DNA from: an uncultured Clostridia bacterium | GTDB lineage: Bacteria; Bacillota; Clostridia; TANB77; CAG-508 | Direction of reading: 5' to 3' | Assembly: GCA_947581825.1 (NCBI GenBank) | Contig: CANPVP010000001.1 | Location: 7,606 to 39,605, forward strand | DNA length: 32,000 nucleotides | In this document: positions 1-9,288 of the stretch, one piece after another | How the letters are laid out: each line of letters begins with the position of its first letter | Position numbering within the stretch: position 1 is the stretch's first letter | Position numbers and translations under genes: made by a program | Notes under the pieces: model-generated | Database searches by the model: none | The model's input: the letters and a program-made list of their open reading frames with translations, nothing else | What the model was told of the DNA's origin: nothing

Positions 1-33
1 TATAGAAGCAAATTTAATTAAGGAGATAGAATA

Positions 34-1071
34 ATGGAAAAAAGTTTTAGTGAAAGTTACAAAGAAGCGGGTGTTGATGTAACAGCAGGATACAAATCAG
101 TGGAGTTAATCAAAAAAAGTGTACAAGAAACTTACAATAAATCTGTAATATCAGATTTAGGAGGATTCGGAGGTTTATTTGCTCCAAATTTAACAGGAAT
201 GAAAGAACCAGTATTAGTATCTGGAACTGATGGAGTTGGAACAAAATTAAAATTAGCATTCTTATTAAATAAACATGATACAATCGGTCAAGACTGTGTT
301 GCTATGTGTGTAAATGATATAATTTGTTGTGGTGCAACTCCAATGTTTTTCTTAGATTATTTAGCTTTAGGTAAAAATGTTCCAGAGGTTGTTGCAACAA
401 TAGTTAAAGGTGTTACAGATGGCTGTAAAAAAGCTGGGTGCGCATTAGTTGGAGGAGAAACAGCAGAAATGCCAGGTTTTTATCCAGAAGATGAATACGA
501 TTTAGCAGGTTTTAGTGTAGGAATAGTAGATAAAGAAAAAATAATAGATCCAAACAAAATTAATGTTGGAGATGCAATAATAGGAATTGCTTCTTCAGGA
601 GTTCATTCAAATGGATTTTCATTAGTTAGAAAAATATTTGATGTAAATAAAGAAAACTTAAATGAATATAAAGAAGAATTAGGAATGACTTTAGGAGAAT
701 GCTTGCTTACTCCAACAAAAATATATGTAAAACCAGTAATGAAAGTGTTAGAACAAGTTGAAGTAAAAGGTATATCGCATGTTACAGGTGGTGGATTCTA
801 CGAGAACTTACCTAGAATGTTAAAAGACGGTGTATCAATTGAAATAGATAAAGAATCTTATCCAGTTCTTCCAATTTTCAAAATGATTATGGAAAAAGGA
901 AATATACCAGAAAGAGATATGTATAATACTTTTAATATGGGAATAGGAATGGCTTTAATTGTTGATAACAAAGATGTAGAAAAAACAATAGAAATATTAA
1001 AAGAAAATGGAGAACAAGCCTATGTTATAGGAAAAATAGTTGAAGGAAATAAAGAAGTTACAATAAAATAA
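34..1071 (+). CDS. purM: Phosphoribosylformylglycinamidine cyclo-ligase (AIR synthetase, PurM)
   Basis: 345-aa ORF with an AGGAG RBS upstream. Blocks [32 protein letters not shown] and HSNGFSL are typical PurM/AIRS motifs. Confidence 0.95.
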   Translation: MEKSFSESYKEAGVDVTAGYKSVELIKKSVQETYNKSVISDLGGFGGLFAPNLTGMKEPVLVSGTDGVGTKLKLAFLLNKHDTIGQDCVAMCVNDIICCGATPMFFLDYLALGKNVPEVVATIVKGVTDGCKKAGCALVGGETAEMPGFYPEDEYDLAGFSVGIVDKEKIIDPNKINVGDAIIGIASSGVHSNGFSLVRKIFDVNKENLNEYKEELGMTLGECLLTPTKIYVKPVMKVLEQVEVKGISHVTGGGFYENLPRMLKDGVSIEIDKESYPVLPIFKMIMEKGNIPERDMYNTFNMGIGMALIVDNKDVEKTIEILKENGEQAYVIGKIVEGNKEVTIK

Positions 1072-1082
1072 TTAACTTTGAC

Positions 1083-1111
1083 TTGACAGAATATTAGCTT
1101 TATGATAATAT
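1083..1111 (+). promoter_or_regulatory. Sigma-A type promoter for tRNA-Ser
   Basis: TTGACA (1083-1088), 17-nt spacer, TAATAT (1106-1111) with TG two nt upstream (extended -10). Lies ~20 nt upstream of the tRNA 5' end. Confidence 0.65.
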
Positions 1112-1130
1112 ATATGCGTTGACCGCATAA

Positions 1131-1222
<92 letters not shown>

Positions 1223-1232
1223 AGGAAGACAA

Positions 1233-1262
1233 AAGTATGTAATATAATTACATACTTTTTTT
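1233..1262 (+). terminator. Rho-independent terminator after tRNA-Ser
   Basis: 11-bp perfect stem AAGTATGTAAT/ATTACATACTT with a 3-nt loop, followed by a T-run. Confidence 0.75.
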
Positions 1263-1285
1263 ATATAGTAGAAAAGGAGAAAAAT

Positions 1286-2170
1286 ATGACAGAACATGAA
1301 GCAATAATAAATAAAGCACTTGATGGGGATGTTATAAGTTGTGAATTAGTAAGTAATACTAATAATATCGTGTATAAAATAATTCGAAAAAACAAACAAA
1401 TTCTATATGTAAAGTTTTATCAAAACAATTCTTTTCATATTGATAATGAAATTAACTTATATAAAATAGTAGAAAATAAATACTTGAAAGAATTAGTTTA
1501 TAGTTCAGAAAATCCAAAATTTGCAATTTTTAAAGAATTAAGAGGAAAAAGTATTGATGAGTTAACTGATGAAGAATTAAAAGAAAATGCTGATAATATC
1601 ATAGAATCTGTATGTGATTTCTTTTCTTCAGTAGGTAAAAATTCTTTAAAAGGTTATGGTTTTTTGGATGAAAAATTAGAGGGAAAAAAAGAGTCTTTTA
1701 AAGATTTTATATGTGAAAGACAAACTGAAACTTCTAAGATATTAGAAGAATATTCATTTTTATCAGAAGCTTTTAATAAAATATATAATAAATATAATAA
1801 AATATTAGTAGGGGATAATAAGTTAATTCCAATAGATACTAACTTAAAAAATATAATGCTAACAGAAAATGGATTGATAAAATTTGTTGATCCAGGAGAA
1901 TTAATAAGTGGACCAATAATAATGGCATATGGGGATTTTGTTGCTCATTCATATAAAACTATATTATATGATAAATTAATTGAAAAATTAAAGTTAGACG
2001 AAAAAGAAAATAAATTACTAAGAATTTATGCGATTTTTTCGTCATTAAATGTATTAGCTTTTTTAAAGAAAAATGGCGTAGATAATTTAGAAACAGTAAT
2101 ACCATATGGTAATAAATATACATTTTTTGAATTAATAGAAGAGCATATGAAATATTTAGAATTAAAATAA
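1286..2170 (+). CDS. Kinase-fold protein (aminoglycoside/choline phosphotransferase-like family)
   Basis: 294-aa ORF with a GGAG RBS. IDTNLKNIM resembles the HGDxxxxN catalytic loop and FVDPGE resembles the DFG-type metal-binding motif of the APH family. Substrate unknown. Confidence 0.5.
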   Translation: MTEHEAIINKALDGDVISCELVSNTNNIVYKIIRKNKQILYVKFYQNNSFHIDNEINLYKIVENKYLKELVYSSENPKFAIFKELRGKSIDELTDEELKENADNIIESVCDFFSSVGKNSLKGYGFLDEKLEGKKESFKDFICERQTETSKILEEYSFLSEAFNKIYNKYNKILVGDNKLIPIDTNLKNIMLTENGLIKFVDPGELISGPIIMAYGDFVAHSYKTILYDKLIEKLKLDEKENKLLRIYAIFSSLNVLAFLKKNGVDNLETVIPYGNKYTFFELIEEHMKYLELK

Positions 2171-2176
2171 TTAATA

Positions 2177-2207
2177 AAAAAACTTATACAAAATGTATAA
2201 GTTTTTT
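2177..2207. terminator. Bidirectional terminator between convergent genes
   Basis: Stem AAAAAACTTATACA/TGTATAAGTTTTTT with a 3-nt loop. An A-run on one side and a T-run on the other serve both strands. Confidence 0.7.
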
Positions 2208-2210
2208 ATA

Positions 2211-3797
2211 TTAATTATTAACACCATGCTTTACCATAGGTGTGTCTGAAGTTATAGCTTTAAATGTATAGCCATTTTCTAAACCATAGTCTATTATATC
2301 TGACAAAGCATTTAAAGTTTTAGTGTTTCCACTGAAATCATGCATTAAAACTACGTTAGAACGGTTTTTTACTAAGTTTTTTGTTACATAATTATATACT
2401 TGGCTTGATGTACTTGCGCCACCAGCATCCTCTGAACTAACATTCCAGTCATAATATTTAAATCCTTCTTCAACAACTTTTTTTGTAAGTCTTGTCATGA
2501 TGCCTTTACTATAATGTCTACTAACGGTATTTGAGCTACCTCCAGGGAATCTTATTATTGTTGGACTATACCCTGTAGTCTTTTTTATTTTTTTCTGTAG
2601 TTTAGTTATATTATTCATAAAAGCTTCATCGGATTTATAAATTTCACTGTATACATGTGAATATCCATGAATTCCAATAGAATGTCCTTCATTGTATTCT
2701 CTTTTAACAAGATACTCTAATGATGAACTATAATTTAATATAAAGAATGTTGCTTTAACATTTTTCTTTTTCAAAATATCCAAAATTTTTGGAGTAATAC
2801 TACTAGAAGGTCCATCATCAAATGTTAAATATATAATACCTGTATTTTTTCCTTTATTAGTAGAAGTTTTTGTTTGAGTAGAAGTTGTAGCTTTTTTATC
2901 TTCTTTATCTTTTGGTGTTTCAGTTTCTTGATCTTTTATTTTTTCTTGTTCCTTATAAACAGTAACAGTTCTAATCTTTTCGGCTTTATTTCCAGACTTA
3001 TCGCTAACTGTATATTTAATTTTATATGTTCCAACTTTAGAAGTATTTACTTTACCAGATATTTTAATTTCATTTGATAAATCTCCATCCTTTTCATCTA
3101 CTGCAGTGGCACCTTTTTCAGTATATTTATTATTTAAAAAAACTTTAGTACTAGAAGAACCTTTTAAATTAATAGTTGGAGGAACGTCATCTACGATATA
3201 TACTTTCCTTTTTACTATAGCTGTATTGCCAGAGCTGTCTTCAACAGAATATACAATATTGTATTCTGAATTATTTATTTGTTCCTTTTCTGTTTTAACT
3301 TTATCGTTTAAATCTTCAAAACTATTATCTTCAACAGTATAACCAGGTTCTTTATATTTATCTGAATAAGATAAATTATAAGTTTTATCACCTTTTAAAG
3401 TTATTGTTGGAGGAACCGTGTCTACGACATTTACAGTTTGATCAAAAGAATATTTTCCAGTTATTGTTGGAACTTGATACTGTATTTTGTATGAACCGGT
3501 TTTATTATAATTAATATTTCCATCTGCTTGAATAGAAGATGTTACATCTTTCATATGATATGTTGTATGTGGAATTGCAACTGAAGCATATTGATTTACT
3601 TCTAAATTTACTACTTCACTTGTAATATCAAATTTTGGTTTCTCAAGGACATATGTTCCTGAAATACATACAACAAATAGTAAAAATGATATTGATAAAG
3701 CTAATCCTAAATTATGAAATTTTTTTGCTTTAAATATTATTATAAAAAATAATGCTACAACTAAAAAAAATACTAATTCAATAAGATATAAGTTCAT
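2211..3797 (-). CDS. Membrane-anchored polysaccharide deacetylase (NodB/CE4 domain) with Ig-like repeat domains
   Basis: 528 aa with N-terminal TM segments. Three repeats each contain VDxxPPTIxLKG (DUF5011/Ig-like pattern), followed by a K/T/E-rich linker. The C-terminal NodB block has IYLTFDDGP and HGYSH motifs. Confidence 0.85.
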   Translation of the reverse strand: MNLYLIELVFFLVVALFFIIIFKAKKFHNLGLALSISFLLFVVCISGTYVLEKPKFDITSEVVNLEVNQYASVAIPHTTYHMKDVTSSIQADGNINYNKTGSYKIQYQVPTITGKYSFDQTVNVVDTVPPTITLKGDKTYNLSYSDKYKEPGYTVEDNSFEDLNDKVKTEKEQINNSEYNIVYSVEDSSGNTAIVKRKVYIVDDVPPTINLKGSSSTKVFLNNKYTEKGATAVDEKDGDLSNEIKISGKVNTSKVGTYKIKYTVSDKSGNKAEKIRTVTVYKEQEKIKDQETETPKDKEDKKATTSTQTKTSTNKGKNTGIIYLTFDDGPSSSITPKILDILKKKNVKATFFILNYSSSLEYLVKREYNEGHSIGIHGYSHVYSEIYKSDEAFMNNITKLQKKIKKTTGYSPTIIRFPGGSSNTVSRHYSKGIMTRLTKKVVEEGFKYYDWNVSSEDAGGASTSSQVYNYVTKNLVKNRSNVVLMHDFSGNTKTLNALSDIIDYGLENGYTFKAITSDTPMVKHGVNN

Positions 3798-3916
3798 GTG
3801 TTTCCCTCTTTTTTATTTCATTTTATTCTATATTTATTGCAATATTCAGTTATAATTTTAGTAAATAAAATACTGTCTATAAAATTATACATCTACAAAA
3901 AAAATAGTCAAGAAAA

Positions 3917-3951
3917 TAAAAAAAATAAGCGATTATCAAATAATCACTTAT
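3917..3951 (-). terminator. Rho-independent terminator of the surface-protein gene
   Basis: On the minus strand: stem ATAAGTGATTAT/ATAATCGCTTAT (one G-U pair), 3-nt loop, then a run of 8 T. Confidence 0.65.
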
Positions 3952-3995
3952 TAATTTGTAATAACTTGTAGCTCAGAAGTATTCTTCACCATTCT

Positions 3996-5315
3996 TTATA
4001 TATAATGTTTGTTTTTCCTTTTTAATATTGAAATTATAAAAAAAGAAAATATTAATGCAATTACTACTATGGCAGGTAAATTATTTATACCAGTTTTTGG
4101 TGTGTCATCTAATTTATCTAAATCACTAGATTTATCTGAACCACTAGGTTCGTCTAAGTTAGCTGAATCACTAGGCTCGTCTATTAATTCTAGTGAATCA
4201 ATAGCATCATTAATAGCATCTGCCATAGCATCTACTTCACTTTGCTCCAATACATTTTTACCTTTAATTACTGCGTTAATTGCTTTTTCAACAGCACTAA
4301 AGTCTTTATAATCAGCTTTATTTAACTTGTTAGCTCTAGCAATCGCTTCTTCAACTTTGCTATAATCTGCCTCAGCAAAGATTATTTTATTTCCATCACC
4401 TTCTCCGACTTTAAATGCTTCTTTTTTTATATTATCAGTATTTAAGCTGTCCACGTGATATACTTTAATACTACCATTTTTTGTATAAAATCCGTATTCC
4501 CCATTAAGTGTTATATTGCCACCATTAATTATTATATTTTTATTTTTTAACACTCCTGTTGATACTACTGCTGAATTAGAAACTTGAGAACTAAGAGATA
4601 AATTTCCCCCACTTATTACAATTCCATCATCTTTGGTATCCCAATCACCAGACGTTCCTGAAACAAATATTGCTGAATCGTTTGATTTTATATCTACATT
4701 TCCACCAGTAATATTTACTTGGACTAGAGCATAAATGCCATTTACTTTTCCTAAACTAGTTTCCATATCTTCGGTATTAATATTAACATTTCCACCTTTT
4801 ATAGTCATAGTTCCATCTATCCAGAATCCACCCTTACTGTTTATAGTACCAGATTCAATGTTTAAGTCATATGCATAGTTAATAGTATTTCCTAAATTAA
4901 ACCCTCCTCTTGCATCTGCTTTGGTTACTTCTAAATTTAAAATACCATTATTTGAACTTTTAAAAGTCAGACTTCCGTGAGTACCTTCTGTATTACTTCC
5001 TGTTCCATAGAATACAGATTTGGATTCTGCCTTTAATGTATTCATTCCTTCGTATATAACTGTTATATTATCATTTTTGTTAAAAGTAAAACATGGCTGG
5101 TCACCTGCCACATCAAAGTTTGCATTTTTTAAAGTTAGTGTTTTGGTTTGACTATCCCATTTCCATCCATGAGTGTCAAGTTTGTCTTCTGTTATATGAG
5201 TGGTTAAATCTAGTGTTTCAGTTTGCTTTACTATATTTTCTGCTGAAACAAGATTTGGTATTATACAAAATATAGAAATTAAAAATAAAATAATAAATAT
5301 TTTTGATTTTAACAT
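3996..5315 (-). CDS. Cell-surface protein (beta-helix-like repeats, FIVAR-like helical module, C-terminal xPKTG sorting signal)
   Basis: 439 aa with a signal peptide ending VSAEN. Repetitive GGN(I/V) segments, then an ADYSKVEEAI..ADYKDF..AVEKAI helical module. C-terminus is TPKTG + hydrophobic stretch + KRKNK. Confidence 0.7.
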   Translation of the reverse strand: MLKSKIFIILFLISIFCIIPNLVSAENIVKQTETLDLTTHITEDKLDTHGWKWDSQTKTLTLKNANFDVAGDQPCFTFNKNDNITVIYEGMNTLKAESKSVFYGTGSNTEGTHGSLTFKSSNNGILNLEVTKADARGGFNLGNTINYAYDLNIESGTINSKGGFWIDGTMTIKGGNVNINTEDMETSLGKVNGIYALVQVNITGGNVDIKSNDSAIFVSGTSGDWDTKDDGIVISGGNLSLSSQVSNSAVVSTGVLKNKNIIINGGNITLNGEYGFYTKNGSIKVYHVDSLNTDNIKKEAFKVGEGDGNKIIFAEADYSKVEEAIARANKLNKADYKDFSAVEKAINAVIKGKNVLEQSEVDAMADAINDAIDSLELIDEPSDSANLDEPSGSDKSSDLDKLDDTPKTGINNLPAIVVIALIFSFFIISILKRKNKHYI

Positions 5316-5580
5316 CCTAACCTCCTTTTACATTAATTATAATAAATTTTTTTTAAATAAATTTAAGAATAAAATATAATAATATTATTTTCATTATAAT
5401 ATAAAATATACAGGAAATAATTACGAGGAGGTTCTTAAAATTGAGTGAATTGGTAATAAAAATAATTAGTAAAATTTTACTTGTTTGCTGGTTTTTTACA
5501 TATTATTATTATCACTTTTTTTTATATAATAAATCCACCATATTATCAATCCTATACGAATTAATGATATGGTGGATTAA

Positions 5581-5638
5581 CTTATACGGGTTCGTCTAAG
5601 TTTACTATGGTGAGCCGAAACTTTCTAAATTCGAACCC
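5581..5638. repeat. Degenerate partial copy of the tRNA-Arg 3' half plus its downstream flank
   Basis: CTTATAC..TAAGTTT.CTATGGTGAGCC..ATTCGAACCC mirrors 6565-6618, which overlaps the real tRNA-Arg 3' end. Exact shared blocks are 7, 7, 12 and 10 nt, in direct orientation. Confidence 0.7.
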
Positions 5639-5674
5639 AATTTATTTAGAAAATGAAATGGTAATATATTTTTA

Positions 5675-5936
5675 TCATTCATAATGTGACCACATACTTA
5701 ATATTCTTACTGTTTGTTCTTTTTCTAATACTTCATAAATAAGCCAATGTTGTATATTGATTCTTCTTGAATATAAATCTTTTAAATCACCGTAATAATT
5801 TTTCATAAGGTGGTGGGTTTTGAAAAGGATTATCTTTTATAACTTCAATTAGAGCTTTGACTTTTTGGGCTAGATTGTTCTGTTTTAATTTATCAATATC
5901 TTTTAGTGCTTTTTTATGATATTCTATTTTATACAA
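5675..5936 (-). pseudogene. yoeB: Txe/YoeB-family toxin, frameshifted
   Basis: Frame 1 gives LYKIEYHKKALKDIDKL..NPFQNPPPYEKLLR*. The -1 frame continues YGDLKDLYSRRINIQHWLIYEVLEKEQTVRILSMWSHYE*. Removing one T near 5805-5812 gives a contiguous YoeB-like protein. It starts directly after the antitoxin stop. Confidence 0.8.
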
Positions 5937-6185
5937 TTACCAATCCACCTCGTCTTCTTTTACAAAGTCCTTATCAGAAGAGTTTTTTCTTTTTATAAGT
6001 TCTTCTTTTAGTTTTGGCATAGAAGAAATATATAATGTTTTAATTAAATTATTATAATCTTCTTCAGATAAAACAACTGCATTTCCATTTTTTGTTGATA
6101 TATTAATAGGTTCATTGTATTTTATTGTATTCTCTAAAAGTTTATAGATATCTTTTCTAAAATTGGTTATATTTGTATTAGTCAT
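5937..6185 (-). CDS. yefM: Phd/YefM-family type II antitoxin
   Basis: An ATG at 6185 is preceded by a GGAGGTG RBS. The sequence MTNTNITNFRKDIYKLLE..VVLSEEDYNNL is typical of Phd/YefM. It sits upstream of, and abutting, the yoeB remnant. Confidence 0.8.
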   Translation of the reverse strand: MTNTNITNFRKDIYKLLENTIKYNEPINISTKNGNAVVLSEEDYNNLIKTLYISSMPKLKEELIKRKNSSDKDFVKEDEVDW

Positions 6186-6324
6186 TTTTACCACCTCCAT
6201 ATATAATTATATTATAACATACGCTTTTATGTACGCAATGTTCAATAGGTTAAATTGAAAAATATTTAATTATACAATATAATATTTTATCAATAAATTA
6301 GTGATATTATTCATAATAAAAAAA

Positions 6325-6519
6325 GCGAACCCAAGATTTTTCTACGCATAACTTATTCGTACGCATTAAAATGCTACGACTAAGAAATCTAGCAAATGCA
6401 AATCCTAAGAAAATCTAGGGTTCGCCATAATTATCTTACACAGCATAACTTATCTGTAGCTCATTTCATTTCGCACAGCTAAGAAATGTACAGAAAAATC
6501 TCCTACTAGGAGATTTTTC
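6325..6519 (+). repeat. Structured intergenic repeat element, locus 1 (two core units plus flanking hairpins)
   Basis: Outer stem 6325-6340/6410-6425 encloses unit 1 (6342-6391). Unit 2 (6439-6490) contains the 45-bp core 6442-6486, which is a perfect inverted copy of 11202-11246. A terminal 12-bp hairpin lies at 6493-6519. Confidence 0.75.
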
Positions 6520-6592
6520 CTACAATATAAAAAAAGTTTATTAGCCTTATGCTAATAAACTTAGCTTATACTGGATTTGTATAAGTTTGCTA

Positions 6593-6669
6593 TGGTGAGC
6601 CAGAAGGGATTCGAACCCCCGACCCTTGGCTTAGAAGGCCAATGCTCTATCCAACTGAGCTACTGACCC
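6593..6669 (-). tRNA. tRNA-Arg (anticodon UCU), encoded CCA
   Basis: The reverse complement reads GGGTCAGTAGCTCAGTTGGATAGAGCATTGGCCTTCTAAGCCAAGGGTCGGGGGTTCGAATCCCTTCTGGCTCACCA. Anticodon loop is CTTCTAA, and the D and T loops are canonical. Confidence 0.9.
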
Positions 6670-6771
6670 ATAATTTGAAAATCAAATTGCAAGAATTATA
6701 ATAACATAAAAAGCAAACTATGTCAATGTATTTTATAAAAATAATTTACATAGTTTGAAATATAATAAAAC

Positions 6772-8436
6772 TTATATAATAATAGTTTTGTAAGTGCTGT
6801 AAATAACCATTCCAGGTTTTCCAGATGGTGATTTTCTAATATTTTTTATTTGAGTATAATCTACACTCACATGTAGAGAATCTGAGGCTTTACTAAATTG
6901 CTTAGCAAGAGAAGCACATTTATAAATAATATCATCATTAATTTCTAAATTATTAGTTTTTAAAACAATATGACTTCCAGGTAGACCTTGCACATGAAAC
7001 CAAAAATCAGCTCTAGATGCGAATTTTAAAGTAAGATATTCATTTTGTCTATTATTTTTTCCAATAAAAATAGTATAACCATCAATTTCTAATTTTTCTA
7101 AATTAAATGAATTTGTAGAGTTCTTTTTGTTAATTTTTTTATTATTTTTTTTCTTCTGAGATTTGCTACATAGAGAGTCAGAAATTTCTGATTCAATTTC
7201 TGATAAATCGTCTAATGTTTTTGCAATAGTAGTTGAAAATAAAATAGCTTCTAAATATGAATGTTCCTTTAAAGCATCATTTTTCTGATCAATTATAATT
7301 TTTGAAGCATTTTTTAATTTTCTATATTTTTTAAAATATTTTTCAGCATTTTTCTTAACTGTAATTGAGATATCTAAAGGAATTTTTATTAAATTATTAT
7401 TTTCATAATAATTTTCAAGTTCTACAAAATTAGAACGTAAATCACTAATTTTATATAAATTAGAATTTAATAATTCACCATAAATTTTATAAGTGTCCAT
7501 ATTATTACAATCTTCTAATTTGTTTTCGATATTTTCTAATTTTTTATTGCATTTTTTTAAATTAGTATTAATAATTTTTTCAAGAGAGTATTTTTTATTA
7601 AAAAAGTTTTCAGAATTTTCTTTTTCAAAATAAAATGAATCTATAAAATAATTTAAAGATAAAGGCTGAGTTTTTATATCAGTAATATCTAAAGAAAAAT
7701 CCTCTTTTTTTCCTAAATTAAATTTTTCAAAATCTAGATTAAATAAATCAGAAGTTGATAATTTTTTTAAATATTCATAAACAGATAATAGATCTTCTTT
7801 TGAAAAGTTATTAGAATCTATATTATATTTTTCTAAAATATAGAAGATAAGTGATTTACTTGTTCCATTAAAAGAATTTAAAATTTTAGAAATTAAATCA
7901 CTAGAAGAATTTTTGCTTAAAATTTCAAAAAATTCGTCAAAAGAAGAAACATCTAAAAAATCATATTTATTAGATATAGGAAGAGTATAGATAGATTTTC
8001 CAGTATATTTTAAAGAGCCAATAATAGAATTATCGAAATCAGTTAAAATGATATTGCTATATCTATTCATAATTTCTGCAACGATTTTTTTTGTAACTAT
8101 ACCAGTTGAATCAGAATAGCATTCGAATAATATTTCTACAACACGTTCAAGTCCAAAAGTATTGAAAGCAATTATTCTACTACCAGTTAAATGTTTTCTA
8201 AGTAGCATACAAAAATTTGAAGGTGTAGTAGGATTTTTTTTAGTAGAATTAGACAAGCAAATTCTGCAGTTTTCTGCACTAGCATTAATAAGTAAATTGA
8301 AAGTATTTCCACAATTATATAAATTAAAAATAATATCGTTTTTTGTTGGAGAAAATATTTTATTTACCTTACTATCTAAAATGGAAGTATTTAATTCTTT
8401 TATAATATTATTCATTACAAAACCATCAAAAGCCAT
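6772..8436 (-). CDS. rqcH: NFACT-family ribosome quality-control protein RqcH (formerly fibronectin-binding protein A-like)
   Basis: 554 aa with N-terminal MAFDGF..ELN, a central coiled coil, and a C-terminal DFWFHVQGLPGSHIVLK NFACT-R block. Confidence 0.8.
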   Translation of the reverse strand: MAFDGFVMNNIIKELNTSILDSKVNKIFSPTKNDIIFNLYNCGNTFNLLINASAENCRICLSNSTKKNPTTPSNFCMLLRKHLTGSRIIAFNTFGLERVVEILFECYSDSTGIVTKKIVAEIMNRYSNIILTDFDNSIIGSLKYTGKSIYTLPISNKYDFLDVSSFDEFFEILSKNSSSDLISKILNSFNGTSKSLIFYILEKYNIDSNNFSKEDLLSVYEYLKKLSTSDLFNLDFEKFNLGKKEDFSLDITDIKTQPLSLNYFIDSFYFEKENSENFFNKKYSLEKIINTNLKKCNKKLENIENKLEDCNNMDTYKIYGELLNSNLYKISDLRSNFVELENYYENNNLIKIPLDISITVKKNAEKYFKKYRKLKNASKIIIDQKNDALKEHSYLEAILFSTTIAKTLDDLSEIESEISDSLCSKSQKKKNNKKINKKNSTNSFNLEKLEIDGYTIFIGKNNRQNEYLTLKFASRADFWFHVQGLPGSHIVLKTNNLEINDDIIYKCASLAKQFSKASDSLHVSVDYTQIKNIRKSPSGKPGMVIYSTYKTIII

Positions 8437-8559
8437 AAAAATCTCCTTAAATCTTTTTCAATAATATTACAATGATAAAAAATAAAAGTCAATAAAAATA
8501 ATATTGAAAAAATATTAAATTAGTATTAATATTATAGTATAAAATTTGGAGGGGAATAT

Positions 8560-9264
8560 ATGGAAGTAAAAACAGAAAAAATAAGCGAAAAAATAAGCGT
8601 ACTTTTCTGGACTTTTGTCATATTTAGCATTTTAGGAATGATAACTGAAATGGTCTTTTGCTATGTTACAACGGGAATAATAGAAAGTAGGCAAGGGTTA
8701 GTATGGGGACCTTTTTGCCCAATATATGGTGTAGGAGCAGTTGTCGCAATTTTAATACTAGAAAATGTTAAGCCAAACAATATAAATTTATTTATTTATG
8801 GAGCAATTTTAGGTGGAGTTGTAGAATATAGTTTGAGCTATATGTTAGAAGCAATTTATGGAACTAGATTTTGGGATTATTCATATCTTAAATATAATTT
8901 AAATGGAAGAATTTGTTTTTTATATTCTATCTTCTGGGGAATATTAGCCATTATAGTAATAAAAAAAATAAATCCAATGATAAAAAAAATAATAAAAAAG
9001 ATACATGAGAAGTCAAAATATAATATTCTAGAAAAAGTATTATTTACATTTTTAATAATAGACACTTTGTGTACATGGTGGGCTATTAGCGAATATAAAG
9101 AAAGAGCTAAAAATATATACTATGGAAGAGAAGAAAAAAATTCAAACAGCATAGGAGAAAAAATATTTCCAAATGAATATATGTTAAAAGCTTTTCCGAA
9201 TCTTAGATTTATAACAGACGAAAAAGATGAGATATACATTAGGAATGTTATTGCACCAGAATAA
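8560..9264 (+). CDS. Multi-pass membrane protein (putative ABC-transporter type IV / PF06541-like family)
   Basis: 234 aa with a GGAGGGG RBS and several TM helices. The GLVWGPFCPIYGVGAV motif is typical of this family, as I recall it. Confidence 0.55.
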   Translation: MEVKTEKISEKISVLFWTFVIFSILGMITEMVFCYVTTGIIESRQGLVWGPFCPIYGVGAVVAILILENVKPNNINLFIYGAILGGVVEYSLSYMLEAIYGTRFWDYSYLKYNLNGRICFLYSIFWGILAIIVIKKINPMIKKIIKKIHEKSKYNILEKVLFTFLIIDTLCTWWAISEYKERAKNIYYGREEKNSNSIGEKIFPNEYMLKAFPNLRFITDEKDEIYIRNVIAPE

Positions 9265-9288
9265 TATAAAAATATATAGGAGTTATAT

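Noticed and set aside
2874-5275. Short ORFs 2874..3077, 3106..3342, 4009..4311 and 5093..5275
   Set aside because: They lie antisense inside the long deacetylase and surface-protein genes. Their Phe/Leu/Ile/Ser-rich low-complexity translations are typical of the antisense strand in AT-rich DNA.
5441-5599. 52-aa TTG-initiated hydrophobic ORF with an AGGAGG RBS
   Set aside because: It runs through the 12-bp-stem hairpin and into the tRNA-derived repeat. Its composition (Y/F/I/L runs) looks like chance translation of AT-rich DNA. Not excluded, but not supportable.
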